Under the pieces are notes generated by a model, which saw only the letters and a program-made list of their open reading frames with translations, made no database searches and was not told where the DNA came from. This document shows, piece by piece, positions 37,701 to 49,700 of a DNA stretch of 64,000 bases. Origin of the DNA: Mobula hypostoma (Eukaryota); contig NC_086109.1 of the NCBI RefSeq assembly GCF_963921235.1, forward strand, positions 76,818,001 through 76,882,000. The letters are read 5' to 3'. Made by a program: the position numbers and the translations under genes. Position 1 is the stretch's first letter; the number at the start of each line of letters is the position of its first letter.

Positions 37701-40700
37701 AGCATTGCCAGATATGCCTGCTGTTGAGAGTAGCCTTCCCATGACAGTAGTCTGTTCTTGTATACAAGTATACAGCAAGCAATCTTTATAGACTTCTATT
37801 TCAGGGCTTTGAAATAAATGCCTTAATGAAAACCAAATATTTATCATGTACTGTCTTTTAAAAAAATATCTAAACAGGATGAAAACCATGTTTATTTACA
37901 ATTGCAGGCTGTGCTAAGCTTTGTTTCTTAAGTACCAACTTAATTTCTAAAGTTAATAAAGAAAAGACTTTTTTTCTCATGTGAATTTTGATGCAAGTAA
38001 TAACTAACCTTCCTAAACTCATTTCATAATTCTCTTCAAAAGAATTTTGCTAGGATGATTGAGGCTTTAAGACACTGGTCAGACCACATTTAGAGTATTG
38101 CCAACAGTTTTAGGCCCCATATCTCAAAAGATGTGCTCTCATTGGAGAGAGTCCAGAGGAGGTTCACGAGGACGATTCTGGGAATGAAGGGGTTAACATT
38201 TGAGTAGCGTTTGGCAGCTTTGGGTCAGTACTCACTGGAAATTAGAAGAATACGGGAGAATCTCATTGAAACGTACCGAATGTTGAAAGGATTAGATAGT
38301 TTGGATGTGGAGAGGATATTTCCTCTGGTGGGAGTATCTAGAACTGGAGGGCACAGCCTCAAAATTGAGGGGTGACCTTGTAGAACAGAGGTAAGGAGGG
38401 ATTTTCTTAGCTAGAGTATAGCAAATTTGTGGAATGCTCTGCAACAGACTGCGGTGGAGGCAAAGTCCGTGGGTATATTTAAGGTGGAAGTTGATAGTTT
38501 CCTGATTAGTCAGGGCATCAAAGGTTATGGTGAGCAGGCAGGTGTATGGGGTTGAGTGGCATCCAGGGTCAGCCATGATGGAATGGCGGAGCAGACTCGA
38601 TGGGCTGAATGGCCTCACTAGGCTCTTGTGTCTTATGGATCAGGCATTTGATTCTTTTTTTCATGCTTTTTAAAAATGTATTATTATGCTAGAATGTTAA
38701 GAAGGAAGAAAATCTTGTCTTTAATAACAAATCCTTCTGCATAATTCTATATTCCTTAAGTAAAAAAGTGCATCTAAACATTAACTTTAGCTGTATTTTT
38801 AATATAAATGAATGTTACTTGAAGTACAAGTCAGTTAAAAATGCTTTGCGACCACTTAGATTTTACTTTAGTTCCCAGTGCTTTCCTAACTGTAGAATAT
38901 AAATTACATTTACAAATAGTTCAATGGCTAACATGCAAGAATACAAATTGTAAAATATAAAACACACTGCTGATTCCTGCACTGCCCTATTTTTGCCATT
39001 CATTACCAAATCCTAGTAATCAGTGTGATGACCTATTAAGAACTTCACTACTTTGAGATCCTGTAATTTGCAGTCAACAGATTAGCAGTATTTAATGTTA
39101 GATTTTTTTTTGAGCTAGCTTAAACTTCTAATTACTGCAAGAATAAATCTCTAAATCTGAAGCCAGGGATTGAAAAAAATCCAAAACAATTTAGATTTTA
39201 TTACCTGTAAGTAGCTCTTTACTAAGCTTACATTACCTGGGTAGAACTGCTGGAATCATGTCCTGCAGCTTACAAAATCACAATTTATGCTGAGTTTTTG
39301 CTCTAATAAACTAATTAAAATTCCAGGGTTTCCTTAAACATTTTAATATTTAAAAAAAACCCAGAAGCAACCATGTACTTTAGTATTGCACCCTTGTGAT
39401 GCTTACTCGAGTTTATGCAACCTGAAAGAAATGAAACAGAACTTCTATATTTTTCTAACCATTTAATTAGTACTCTTGTACCAAAATGAATTAGACTGAG
39501 TATTAATATTTGGATGGTATGTAAAACATGCCTGCCCTCACAAGGTCAATGCATGGCATATAATTCTTTTTTGCAGCTTGTAAAATTCTTGGGTAACCAA
39601 TCTAGTTCCTATATAAGCCAGAGACTTGATGCCTAATTGCACAAATGAAGACTAGTGAAAGAGGTGGTATGATTTTAGAATTCTTAACTTTGCATGATCA
39701 CAGTCCAAAAATTCTAAAGCTCTAACATGGAGCATATGGGTAGAGGTTGCGCTATTGCATCTGATTGGTCCTATTCTCACACTACTCATCCTCTTGCTCT
39801 TTACTTGTAGAATGCCTTGGGTTTTCTTCTTAATCTTGCTTGCCAAGGCCTTCCATAGTCCCTTCTAGCTCTCCTAATTTCATTCTTAAACTCCTTGGCA
39901 ATCTTGTAATTTTCTAGAACTCTACCAATACCTAGCTGCTTGAACTTAAGCTTTTCTTAACTAGATTTTCCACATCCTTCGTACATTTTTTTTTCTTTAC
40001 CCTACCATCCCTTCCCTGCCTCAATGGAACCTGACTATGCAGAATACCATGCAAGTATTCCGTGAACATTTGCCATATTTCTGTTCTGCATTTCCCTGAG
40101 AGTATCTGCTCCCAAGTTCCTTTCTAATAATATGATATTCCCTCCCACCCCAACTAAATGTTTCCCATATTGTCTGCTGCTGTCCCTCTCCAGTGTTATG
40201 GTGAAGGAGATAGTTTTGTGATCGCTACCTCCAAAATGCTCTCCTACCGAGCGATCTGACACCTGAGCAGGTTAATTTCCCAATACCAGATCAAGTACAG
40301 CCTCTCCTCTAGTTGGCTTATCTACATATTGCATCAGGAAACCTTTCTGAACACACTTAACAAACTCTACCCCATCTAAAAGCCTTGCTCTAAGGAGATG
40401 TCAGTCAATATTAGGAAAGTTAAAATCTCCCATCACAACAACCCTATTATTGCACTGTTCCAGAATTCGTCTCCCTATCTGTTCTTATTTCCCTGTACAA
40501 CTGGGGGTCTATAAAAGAAACACTCAGAGTTATTGCCCCCTTGTTTCTGACTTCCACCCACACTGACTCAGTATATAATCCCTCCATGACTTCCTCCTTT
40601 TCTGCAACCGTGACACTATCCCTGATGAGCAATGCCATGCCCCACCTCTTTTGCCTCCCTCCCTGTCTTTTGAAGCATCTAAAGTTTGGCATACTCCGCA

Positions 40701-43700
40701 GCCATTCCTGCCCCTGAGGCATCCAAGTCTCTGTAATGGCCATAACGTCATAGTTCCACATATTGATCCACCCATCTGCATTTGTTTATAATACTCTCAA
40801 ACCATTAGATTGAGTCTGTCTTTGCTCTCTCGTCTGCCTATACTTCCTCACAAACTTCCTACAAGCTACCTCTAATTGTGTGCCAACTGCCCCATCCTCT
40901 GCCTCTTCACTTTGATTCCCATCCCCTGCAAATCCAGTTTACAGCCTCCCCAATAGCATTAGCAAACCTTCCTGCCAGGATATTGGTTCCCCTGGGATTC
41001 GGGTGCAACCCATCCTTTTTGTACAGGTCACACCTGCCCCAAAAGAGATCTCAATGATCCAGAAATCTGAATCCCTGACCCCTGATCCAATCCTTCAATC
41101 ACGCATTTATCCTCCACCTTATTCTATTCCTATACTCACTGTTGTGTGGCACAGGCAGCAATCCTGATATTACTACCCTTGAGGTCCTGCTTCTCAGCTT
41201 CCTTCCTAACTCCCTGTATTCTGCTTTCAGAACCTCCTCCCTCTTTCTGCCTTTGTTGGTACCAATATGTACCATGACCTCTGGCTGCTCACCCTCCCAT
41301 TTCAGGATATTGTGGATGCATTCAGAAACATCATGAATCTTGGCACCTGGGAGGCATACTACCTTCTGTGTTGCTTTTTTGCGTCCACAGAATCGCCTAT
41401 CGGTCCACCTAACTACTGAGTTTCCTACTACTGCTGCCATCATCTTCCATTCCCTATCCTTATGAGCCACAGGGCCAGATTCAGTGCCAGAGGCACGGCC
41501 ACTGTTGCTTCCCCCAGGTAAGTTGTATCTCCACCCCTCTCCTCCTCCTCCTCCTCCCCCCCTCCCCCCCAGCAGTATTCAAAATGGAGTACTTATTGCT
41601 AAGGGGGACAGCCACAGGGGTGCTCTTCCTTCCCTCTCCTGACAGTCACCCACATATCTGTCTCCTGTAACTCCTGTCAATCACCTCACTTTCCCTAACA
41701 AGCCGAAGGTCATCGAGCTGCAGCTCAAGTTCCCTAACTCGGTCTCTAAAGAGCTGCAGCATGATGCACCTGGCACAGATGTGGCCATCAAGGAGGCGTG
41801 GAAGTCTCCCAGATATCCCACATCTGACACCCAGAACAGAAAACTGGCCTTGCAGTTATACCCACTATTCTTTAAGTTAGAGGAAAAAGAGATATGAAAG
41901 CAACTTACCTCACCGAAGCCCCAATGAGCTAAAGCCCTACCTACTATCTTGCACTATTCCAATTGTTCCACTAGGCAGTGTCTCCCTTTTATCCCGGAAC
42001 CTTCTCAGAGGCCTTGCACGATGACTAGCTACTGCGTCTGCGCACTTCTCCCAATCGAATCTCCCTGGTGGTTGGATTCTTCCATTTTCCGAGTTATTTC
42101 TTCTTGGGGGCCCTTGGCTCCCAGTGGAGTGTAAGCCATCGACGACCTCCCATGTCCATCGTCCTCTGTGAGCCAGTGTCTCATGAGTGGACCAGGAGTG
42201 TCCGCATTGTCTAATTTTGGCCTCGATGTCTCTCCTCCATATGTTCTTTGGACATCCTTTTTTCCTCTTTCCTTGGGGATTCCACTTCAATGCCTTTCTG
42301 GTGATGATGGTTGACTTCCTTGAGATGTGGCCAATTCACCTCCACTTCTGTTTGTGTATTTATATCTGTATGGATTTCTGGTTGGTGTTTTGCCACAGTG
42401 TCTGGTTGGTTACTTTGTGCATGTGATTTCTATGATCTTTCTCAGGCACTGGTTGATGAAAGCCTGGAATTTCTTTGTAGTGTCTTTGTTCTCCAGGTTT
42501 CAGAGCCTTATAGGAGCACCGTTTTAACATTTGAGTTGAAGATTCTGATTTTGGTTTTCCTTTATATGACTGGATGTTCATACTTCAAGATGTTGAAGAC
42601 TACCCTGGCCTTGACATCCTCATCTGTTCCACTGCTCTCAATGCCTCCAAGATGAAGAAAATCACTTTCAGGGTTGTGTCTCTCATCACTGTGGGTCTGT
42701 TGCTGGTGCAGTTTATCTTCATCACTTTTGTTTTATCTGTACTGGGTCTTAGATTCAGCATGGTGGAGTTACCAGTCAAGAGTGTTGATTTCTCTAGCAT
42801 CTGTTGGTCAGAGCTAGTCAGTAGGTCCTATGTCGTCTGCAAACTCTAGGTCATCAAGTTGCTGCCACATAGTCCACTGGATTCCTTTTCATTTTTCACT
42901 TATTGTCTGTTTCATAATCTAGTGTATTGCCAACAGGAAAGGAGCAATCAAACATCCCTGCTTCACCCCGGTGAAGCTTTCTGACAGTTTTCCCACATGT
43001 ATGACTTTGCATGACATGTAGGAGTTCCTGATGTATTGATAAATTTCTGTGATATTTTATGTTTCATAATTTTCCATAGGGTGTTTCTGTCTAAGCTGTC
43101 AAGACTTTCTCATAGTTGAAGAAGTTGACATAGAGGGAATTATTCCATTTGATTGACTGTTCTATGATTATTAAGGTAGTTGCCTGGTCTGTGCAGGAGC
43201 AATCTTCCCTAAAGCCTGCTTATAGCTCCCTTAATGTTTTGTCAAAGCTTATTGAAGGTGTTGCAGAATAATTCTGTTTAGCATCTTTCGGACTATAGAC
43301 ATTAAGGATGTACCTCTGTAGTTTTTAGCTTTGTAAGTCACCTTTATTTGGAAACTTGATTATGTGACTTTGCTTCCACTCTTGTGGCATCTTTGTCCCA
43401 GATGTTGCAGAACAAAGTATATAGGATATCAGCCTTCAATGCCTCTGATGGTACACTGGGCCAGCTGCTTTTCCTGACTTTAGCCTCCTGTTTGCCTGTA
43501 TGATTTCCTCCTTTTATGGCTTGGCACAGTTGACAGCCAAGTCTGGGGCTTCTGGAATTAAATGAGATTCTGCAGGAGGTGCTCTGTTGAGAAGCTCATT
43601 GAAGTACTGTGCTCAACGTTGGAACTGTTTGTCTTTAGTTAGAACATTTCTATCGTTAAGCTTCACTTGGGTGTTGATCTGGTTGAATTTGCCAGCTAGT

Positions 43701-46700
43701 TTCTTGGTAGTGTCATATAGTTTCATATTCCTGTTTGCTGAGGCTTCTTCCACTTGGGACGCAAGTGTGTTGATGTATCCTCTCCTATCCCTCTTGGATT
43801 TTTCTCCTTTCCTGTGCACTCTGAATCATTTAGTTGCATCTAAAGTTTTGTAGACTGTTTGGTTTAATTGCAATATGCAGTAATTTAAATCATCTGGTTG
43901 TGGGATTTGAGTGCATAAGCAGATAGACTAATACCATACTGAGGGAATGCTGCATTGTTTTAAGTACTCCTTTGGAGATCTCAGGCCATTAAATGTGCCT
44001 GATCAAGTAGATCTAAAAGGCTCCATTTAATGAACAGAAGTTTTGAAGGTGATTTTAAGTTGGCCAGTATGGACTTGACCAGTAAAGTGTTGACCAACTC
44101 CTTAATCTGAAATACTGCAGGGTATAAATTGGCTTCATTATTTACCTCTGTAGCTTCAGTGATAGCATTACTCATTTGCTTTGATGTTTTTAGACTATCT
44201 TTCTAATTACGGATCCAACTCTGGCTCAAGAATGATTCCTTGACTCCAAGAAATGCTGTGTAATATAACGCACCTTGACTTTGAAAACCACTGGGCTAGA
44301 TTAAAACATAGTTTATTAATAGCCCTGACTATTCAGGAGTGCTAAAACAATCTTTTAATTGTAGTCTTCAGTGTTTGTTATTTGCACCCTTTCCAAGCAC
44401 AGCTTCAGTGTTAATTCCTTAATTTTCTCCTGCTTTATGAAATTTTCTATCTCTTCATAGTGTGAAATACTCCTAATGTCATTTTATAATCTCAATTTCT
44501 CCATTAACTTTACCTTTTTTTTGGGCCATGTATTCAATATCAAAATTGTGAAGCAATTTTTAACAAATGGATAGTTGTTTGAAATCTAGGTTTAAATAAT
44601 ACACATATTACTTAAATGAAAGATTAAGAGCTTCGAAGTTTGACCTACTGTAGCTGATTGGAAGCATTTTTTGTACAGTATGGTTTTCTCCATTGGAATA
44701 TAACGAAAATGTAGATTTACCTAATGAATGTGTATATAGAAAAATGAAGGAATAGATGCATTCTGCATGATGCATGAGCTATCCGTTGGAATTGTTGCTG
44801 TTTACCTTGGCCAGATATACTTTATATTAGTGCATATTTTTTAGTTATTGTTGCACAGCCTGTCCCTTGTATTTTAAACTTAATATTTCCATCAAAAATA
44901 GTTCCTATTTCAAAAACTGCAATGTTTACTATTGACTGTTTTTTGCTTTTGCTGGCTTTTCTAATTTGCTAACCAGTACTCTCTGCTGCTCATCCTAATG
45001 CCAACCACAGGAGCAGCAGCAGCGGCCACTACTTCAGGTGAGAGATCCCTCAGTAGAAACTTTGCTTCCATTCAGTTTTCTTTTGAAATCATATGCATTA
45101 GCACACATCAATGTGTGTGTAATAGCAAAAAGTCGGGTTGTGTCATGCATTCCATTTTGATTTCCACCTCATTTGTGCTCATTGACCTCATTGCAGATGT
45201 TAATGGCTTGATACAAGCAAAATAGTGATGCAAGAGTTTACTGATTTTTTAAAAATTTAAGCACATTGTTAACAGCTGTATAAAATTTAATTTTCCTGTG
45301 ATTATCATTTGAAGTAGCTGATGGTTTTGTACTTTGGATTAATTGGTATTTACAGTTACCAGACTGAAATTATCTTCAGTTAATGCAGAATATTCTGTTT
45401 GATTTTGGAGCCTGTTCTGTGTCCTCATCTTATTTCCCTAAAGTTTAAGGGATTGTTGTTGGTATGTGTAAAGTTTTCTAAATTGATTTTCCTCTGCTTT
45501 TATTTTCTTAGTCCATAACCTTTCATGCCATAACTTTATCACTGTTTTTGTTTTGGTGTGTGGTATCTAATCTAACATTAAATTGGAAATGTGATATAAT
45601 TTTGATGTCTCATTTACCCATAACTTAATTTTGCAATTGCAGTTTGCTTTACACTAAGTTCCAAATGTCTTGTTAACATGGAACGGTTGCCATAAATGTC
45701 TTTTCAATATAATATAGTATTGAATTGAAACTATCCTTTCATTTTAGTTTGCAAGTATATTAGCTTTGGGTTGTAGGATAAATGCTTCTAGCAATAATTA
45801 TGAAACTTAAAGTAGCATTGGATTTGAAATAAATATAAGGTCTGATTATAATAGCTATTCTGCATTGCTGGCAAAAGTAGTATTTCACCCCTCAAGAACT
45901 GGTTTCTTACTAGTACCTCACTTTAAATTTGATTTCAATTAATGGCAATGCCATTGGTTGTAAATTGGTGCCAATGGTTCTTGCTAAATTGTGAACAAAT
46001 TGAGGCATCGATATATTTTTACACACTTGAGTTGAGGATTCCAATGCAACCATTGAAGTCTTCGTGCTATGCAGTAGTTGGTCTATGATAGTTTTTGTCA
46101 GATGAATAAATTCTTAATGGTTGACGTGTAGGCTTTATAAGGTTAAAATTTGGATTGTATTTATTCAGCTAATTTTCAGAGTGTGAACTGCCAAGCATTT
46201 TTTCAAAACAACATTCAGAATTGGAGGAAATAGTAAGATTTCGAAGAGATTTTTAGCAGTGAGGAAGCAACTAGAACCCGGACATCCCACCTCTCCCGGA
46301 AGTTCCGGGAGTCTCCCGCATATCGATAGTGGCTCCCTGATGCCCAGAAATTATATACAATATCCCGGAAATAGATTTTTTTTGAGAGGGAGAGGGACAG
46401 CGAACATCCTGATTGGTCTCTCTTCGTGCTAAGAGTGGTCCCCAACCACCGGGCCGTGAGGAAACAATATGATTTGGCGATATGAAACGATATGAGTCAT
46501 TTGCACCTTTCCTCATTACCTGTCACGCACTGTTGAACTTGAACGCACGCGAGGTCATTACGCACGTGTCATCTATGTCACCGCGGGAAGGAGATCAACT
46601 CGAGCTTGTAAATGACGACGGGCTGAGAAGTATGGTTGACATAACATCTCTGCTGGCATTCTGAATCAAAGTCAAGGTGAAATATCCCGAGATAGCCACA

Positions 46701-49700
46701 AAAGCACTGAAAACGTTGCTTCCATTTCCAACATCATATTGCTGCGAAGTGGAGTTTTCCGCAATGAATGCAACAAAAACTAAATTACGGCATAGACTGG
46801 ATCCTCCTTCAAGTATCGCTGTCTCCCATCACCCCTCGATGGGACCGTCTTGTTGCTGGAAAACAAGCCCAGGGCTCGCACTGATTCAGCGATATTGGTG
46901 TGTTGCAATGATTTTATATGTTCATACGGGGAAAACATGCGCTGTGTGTTTAATAGCCAAACGTTACTTAAAATGTTATGATGCTATTGACTTATCACCT
47001 ATATTCCGGTCGTGATTAATACCCCCCCCCCCCCCCCCCGCTGGTTGGCCGGTCCGCAAGAATATAAGAATATTGTCAATATTGAGCCAGTCTGCGGTGC
47101 AAAAAATGTTGGGGACCCCTGCTACATAGACCTATCAGTTTTCTCTGTGGGCGGGCTTTATAGTCGACCTCAAAAATAATGACAGTGTTGCTTGCTGCAG
47201 TTTGCAACAGTAACTTTTCTATTGCCCATGGTGGGTTAAAATGTAAAAGACATGTTGAGGTGAGTTTAACAGGTGTCATTACAGCATAGCTAATGTTATT
47301 TAAACTAGCTGGCTAGCTGCTAAGGAGCTACGCTATTGATGTCCTACATGATGAAGCCAAACTCCCTGTAGACCTGCTTAAAGTTGTAATAGAATAAACA
47401 TGATATAAGTACATATTTTAATATCACATTTGCTGCATATACCCAACTTGGTTTACAGATTAGATAAAATCACTAATCAAAGTATTACATACACCCTTGG
47501 AGGTCGGGGGGGGGGGCGGGGTGCTACCTCCCTGAAATGGCGGTGATACCTCCCTGAAATGAGTTTTTGCAGGGTAGGATGTCTGAGAACCTGTATCATG
47601 GATGCTGACTTGATTTAGTGGTTATTTATCCAGGTTATTTTGAGTTGCTAATGAGTATAAAATTTTTGTTCATGATCTAAAAGTTTGTTCAATGTGCTGA
47701 GCATCTGAAAAACTGGAATTATTCACGCAAGCATTTGCAAGCAGACCAGGCAGGTAACTAGTCAACCTTTCTGCTGAAGTTGCTTATTGACTCCAGTATT
47801 TGGCTTATATTTTGCTTTACTAAAGATCAAACTAATATTAATCTATTCTTTATCCAAATGATGCACACTTCACAGTAATCAAACTCTACTGCCTTGGTAT
47901 ATTGTATAACTTTACCAATTGCCAAGTAGCACAGGTTCAAAAGTAGTTTTTTTAATCAGGTTACTGAATAGACAACCTGTTTGTATATTTTAATCTGATT
48001 TTGCTCTGCGTTTTGTTCTCCAAAACTGCTAATGGATTTTGCTTTTTTAACTGAGCCACTTGAGCCTGTTCAATTTGTACCATGTTTTGCAATTGCAAAA
48101 TCAGTAATTTGAACTTCTTGACAGTAGTAAACTGTTTTAAATATACTCATTCACCATGGTCATGTGGGGGGGAGGGGGAAGTGGTCTGGTGTATACTCTG
48201 ACCCTTCCAATGCTAATGCACCACTTTTATCCAGAAAACCATTTAGTTAAAATGCTTCAGAGATTGATAAAGCTACATTTATTGACAGTGTGGTCTACGG
48301 GGGAAAAAAACTATTTGGTTTTCTTCAGTAAACATGAGGAACTCTGCCAATGCTGGAAATTCAAGCAACATACATCAAAGTTGCTGGTGAACGCAGCAGG
48401 CCAGGCAGCATCTGTCTTGACGAAGGGTCTCGGCCCGAAGCGTCGACTGTACCTCTTCATAGAGATGCTGCCTGGCCTGCTGTGTTCACCAGCAACTTTG
48501 TGTGTTGCTTGGTTTTCTTCAGTGTATCTTTTAAATGTTAAAATGAGTGTTGAGGGAAGAATGGCGAGTTTATTGCTTCTATCCATGTATTACATTAGAA
48601 AGTTGTAAATGATGCCGGCTGTAAATCTATAGTTGCCACATCACTGTACTGTTTGACAAATGGGCATTTATACCTAATTCTTGAATGTGATGTAGAATTA
48701 ATTGATCTAGATATTGCATTAATTAGATATTTATTCTTTTGATAACATGAGTTTACTCATTAGTATTAAAGTCTATCGTCTGGAAATGATTTGGTATCAA
48801 TTTTTGTAGTTACTGCATCAAGGGATAGTTGGGTAAAATATCAAGCTACAGATGGAAAATATGCCAATTTTTACTGAAGATTTTGCATTTTTATTCTCTT
48901 GCAACCAAATGTAATTTAATGTGTTGCAGAAATTGTTCAGTTAAAAAAAAATGAAGAGATACTTGTTTATACAGTTAGCTGGCTGTGTAGTTACAGTGAA
49001 AGAGTATTGCTTATTAAGAAGATAGTTTTGAAGAGCGCAAACCTATCAATCATGGCTGTCAGAATAAACACTGAGACTTGGAAAGCGCGTTAAATTTGTT
49101 TGAAGTACATGTAAATGATTTTGCACTTCTAAGTAACATACCATGAAACCTGTAACCAGAGGTAAATAAACTTATGAAGTGCAAATAATGAAGCAACCCT
49201 TCACCAGTCTGCCCATGTGACAAGCCATCTGCTGCATGAAGATTTTTAATTCCTTGAATTTTGTATTTTTCTCTTATAGAATGTAGTGTAGCAAATGTTT
49301 CATTCTATGGTATAAGAATAATATAAAGCATCTCTAATACCTGTGCCATGAAGGGCAAAGGAATACTGTCAGGTTCGCTAATAATATGATAGAGAAAGTT
49401 GGTCTTTTCTACTGCCATTTTTGGGTCCTTGATTTCCCTCTATCCAACATTGGAAGTACCTGTATCAAGCACTGTAAGAGTTCAGGATAGAGGTCCACCA
49501 GCACCAACATAAGAGCAAATAGGGATGCATAATGTTGGACTTGCATCTGTAGATAATGGAACCTCATGATCTGTCAGTAAGCCACAATGGTGATCATCCT
49601 CAAATTGACAGATTGCTAATCCCCTTTTGTTACATTTTGCAGCTTGTTAGATTTATTATTTCCCGGCAATATTCTTCATTTTGTTTGCTAATTGTTTAAA

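Noticed and set aside
44977-45037. Longer 61-nt version of the microexon using the aaccag acceptor
   Set aside because: It shifts the frame; the 27-nt form has its own branch-point-like cctaat and keeps the frame. It could still exist as a minor NMD form.
44998-45225. [21 protein letters not shown]... as an independent gene
   Set aside because: It is intronic read-through around the candidate microexon, with no recognisable domain.
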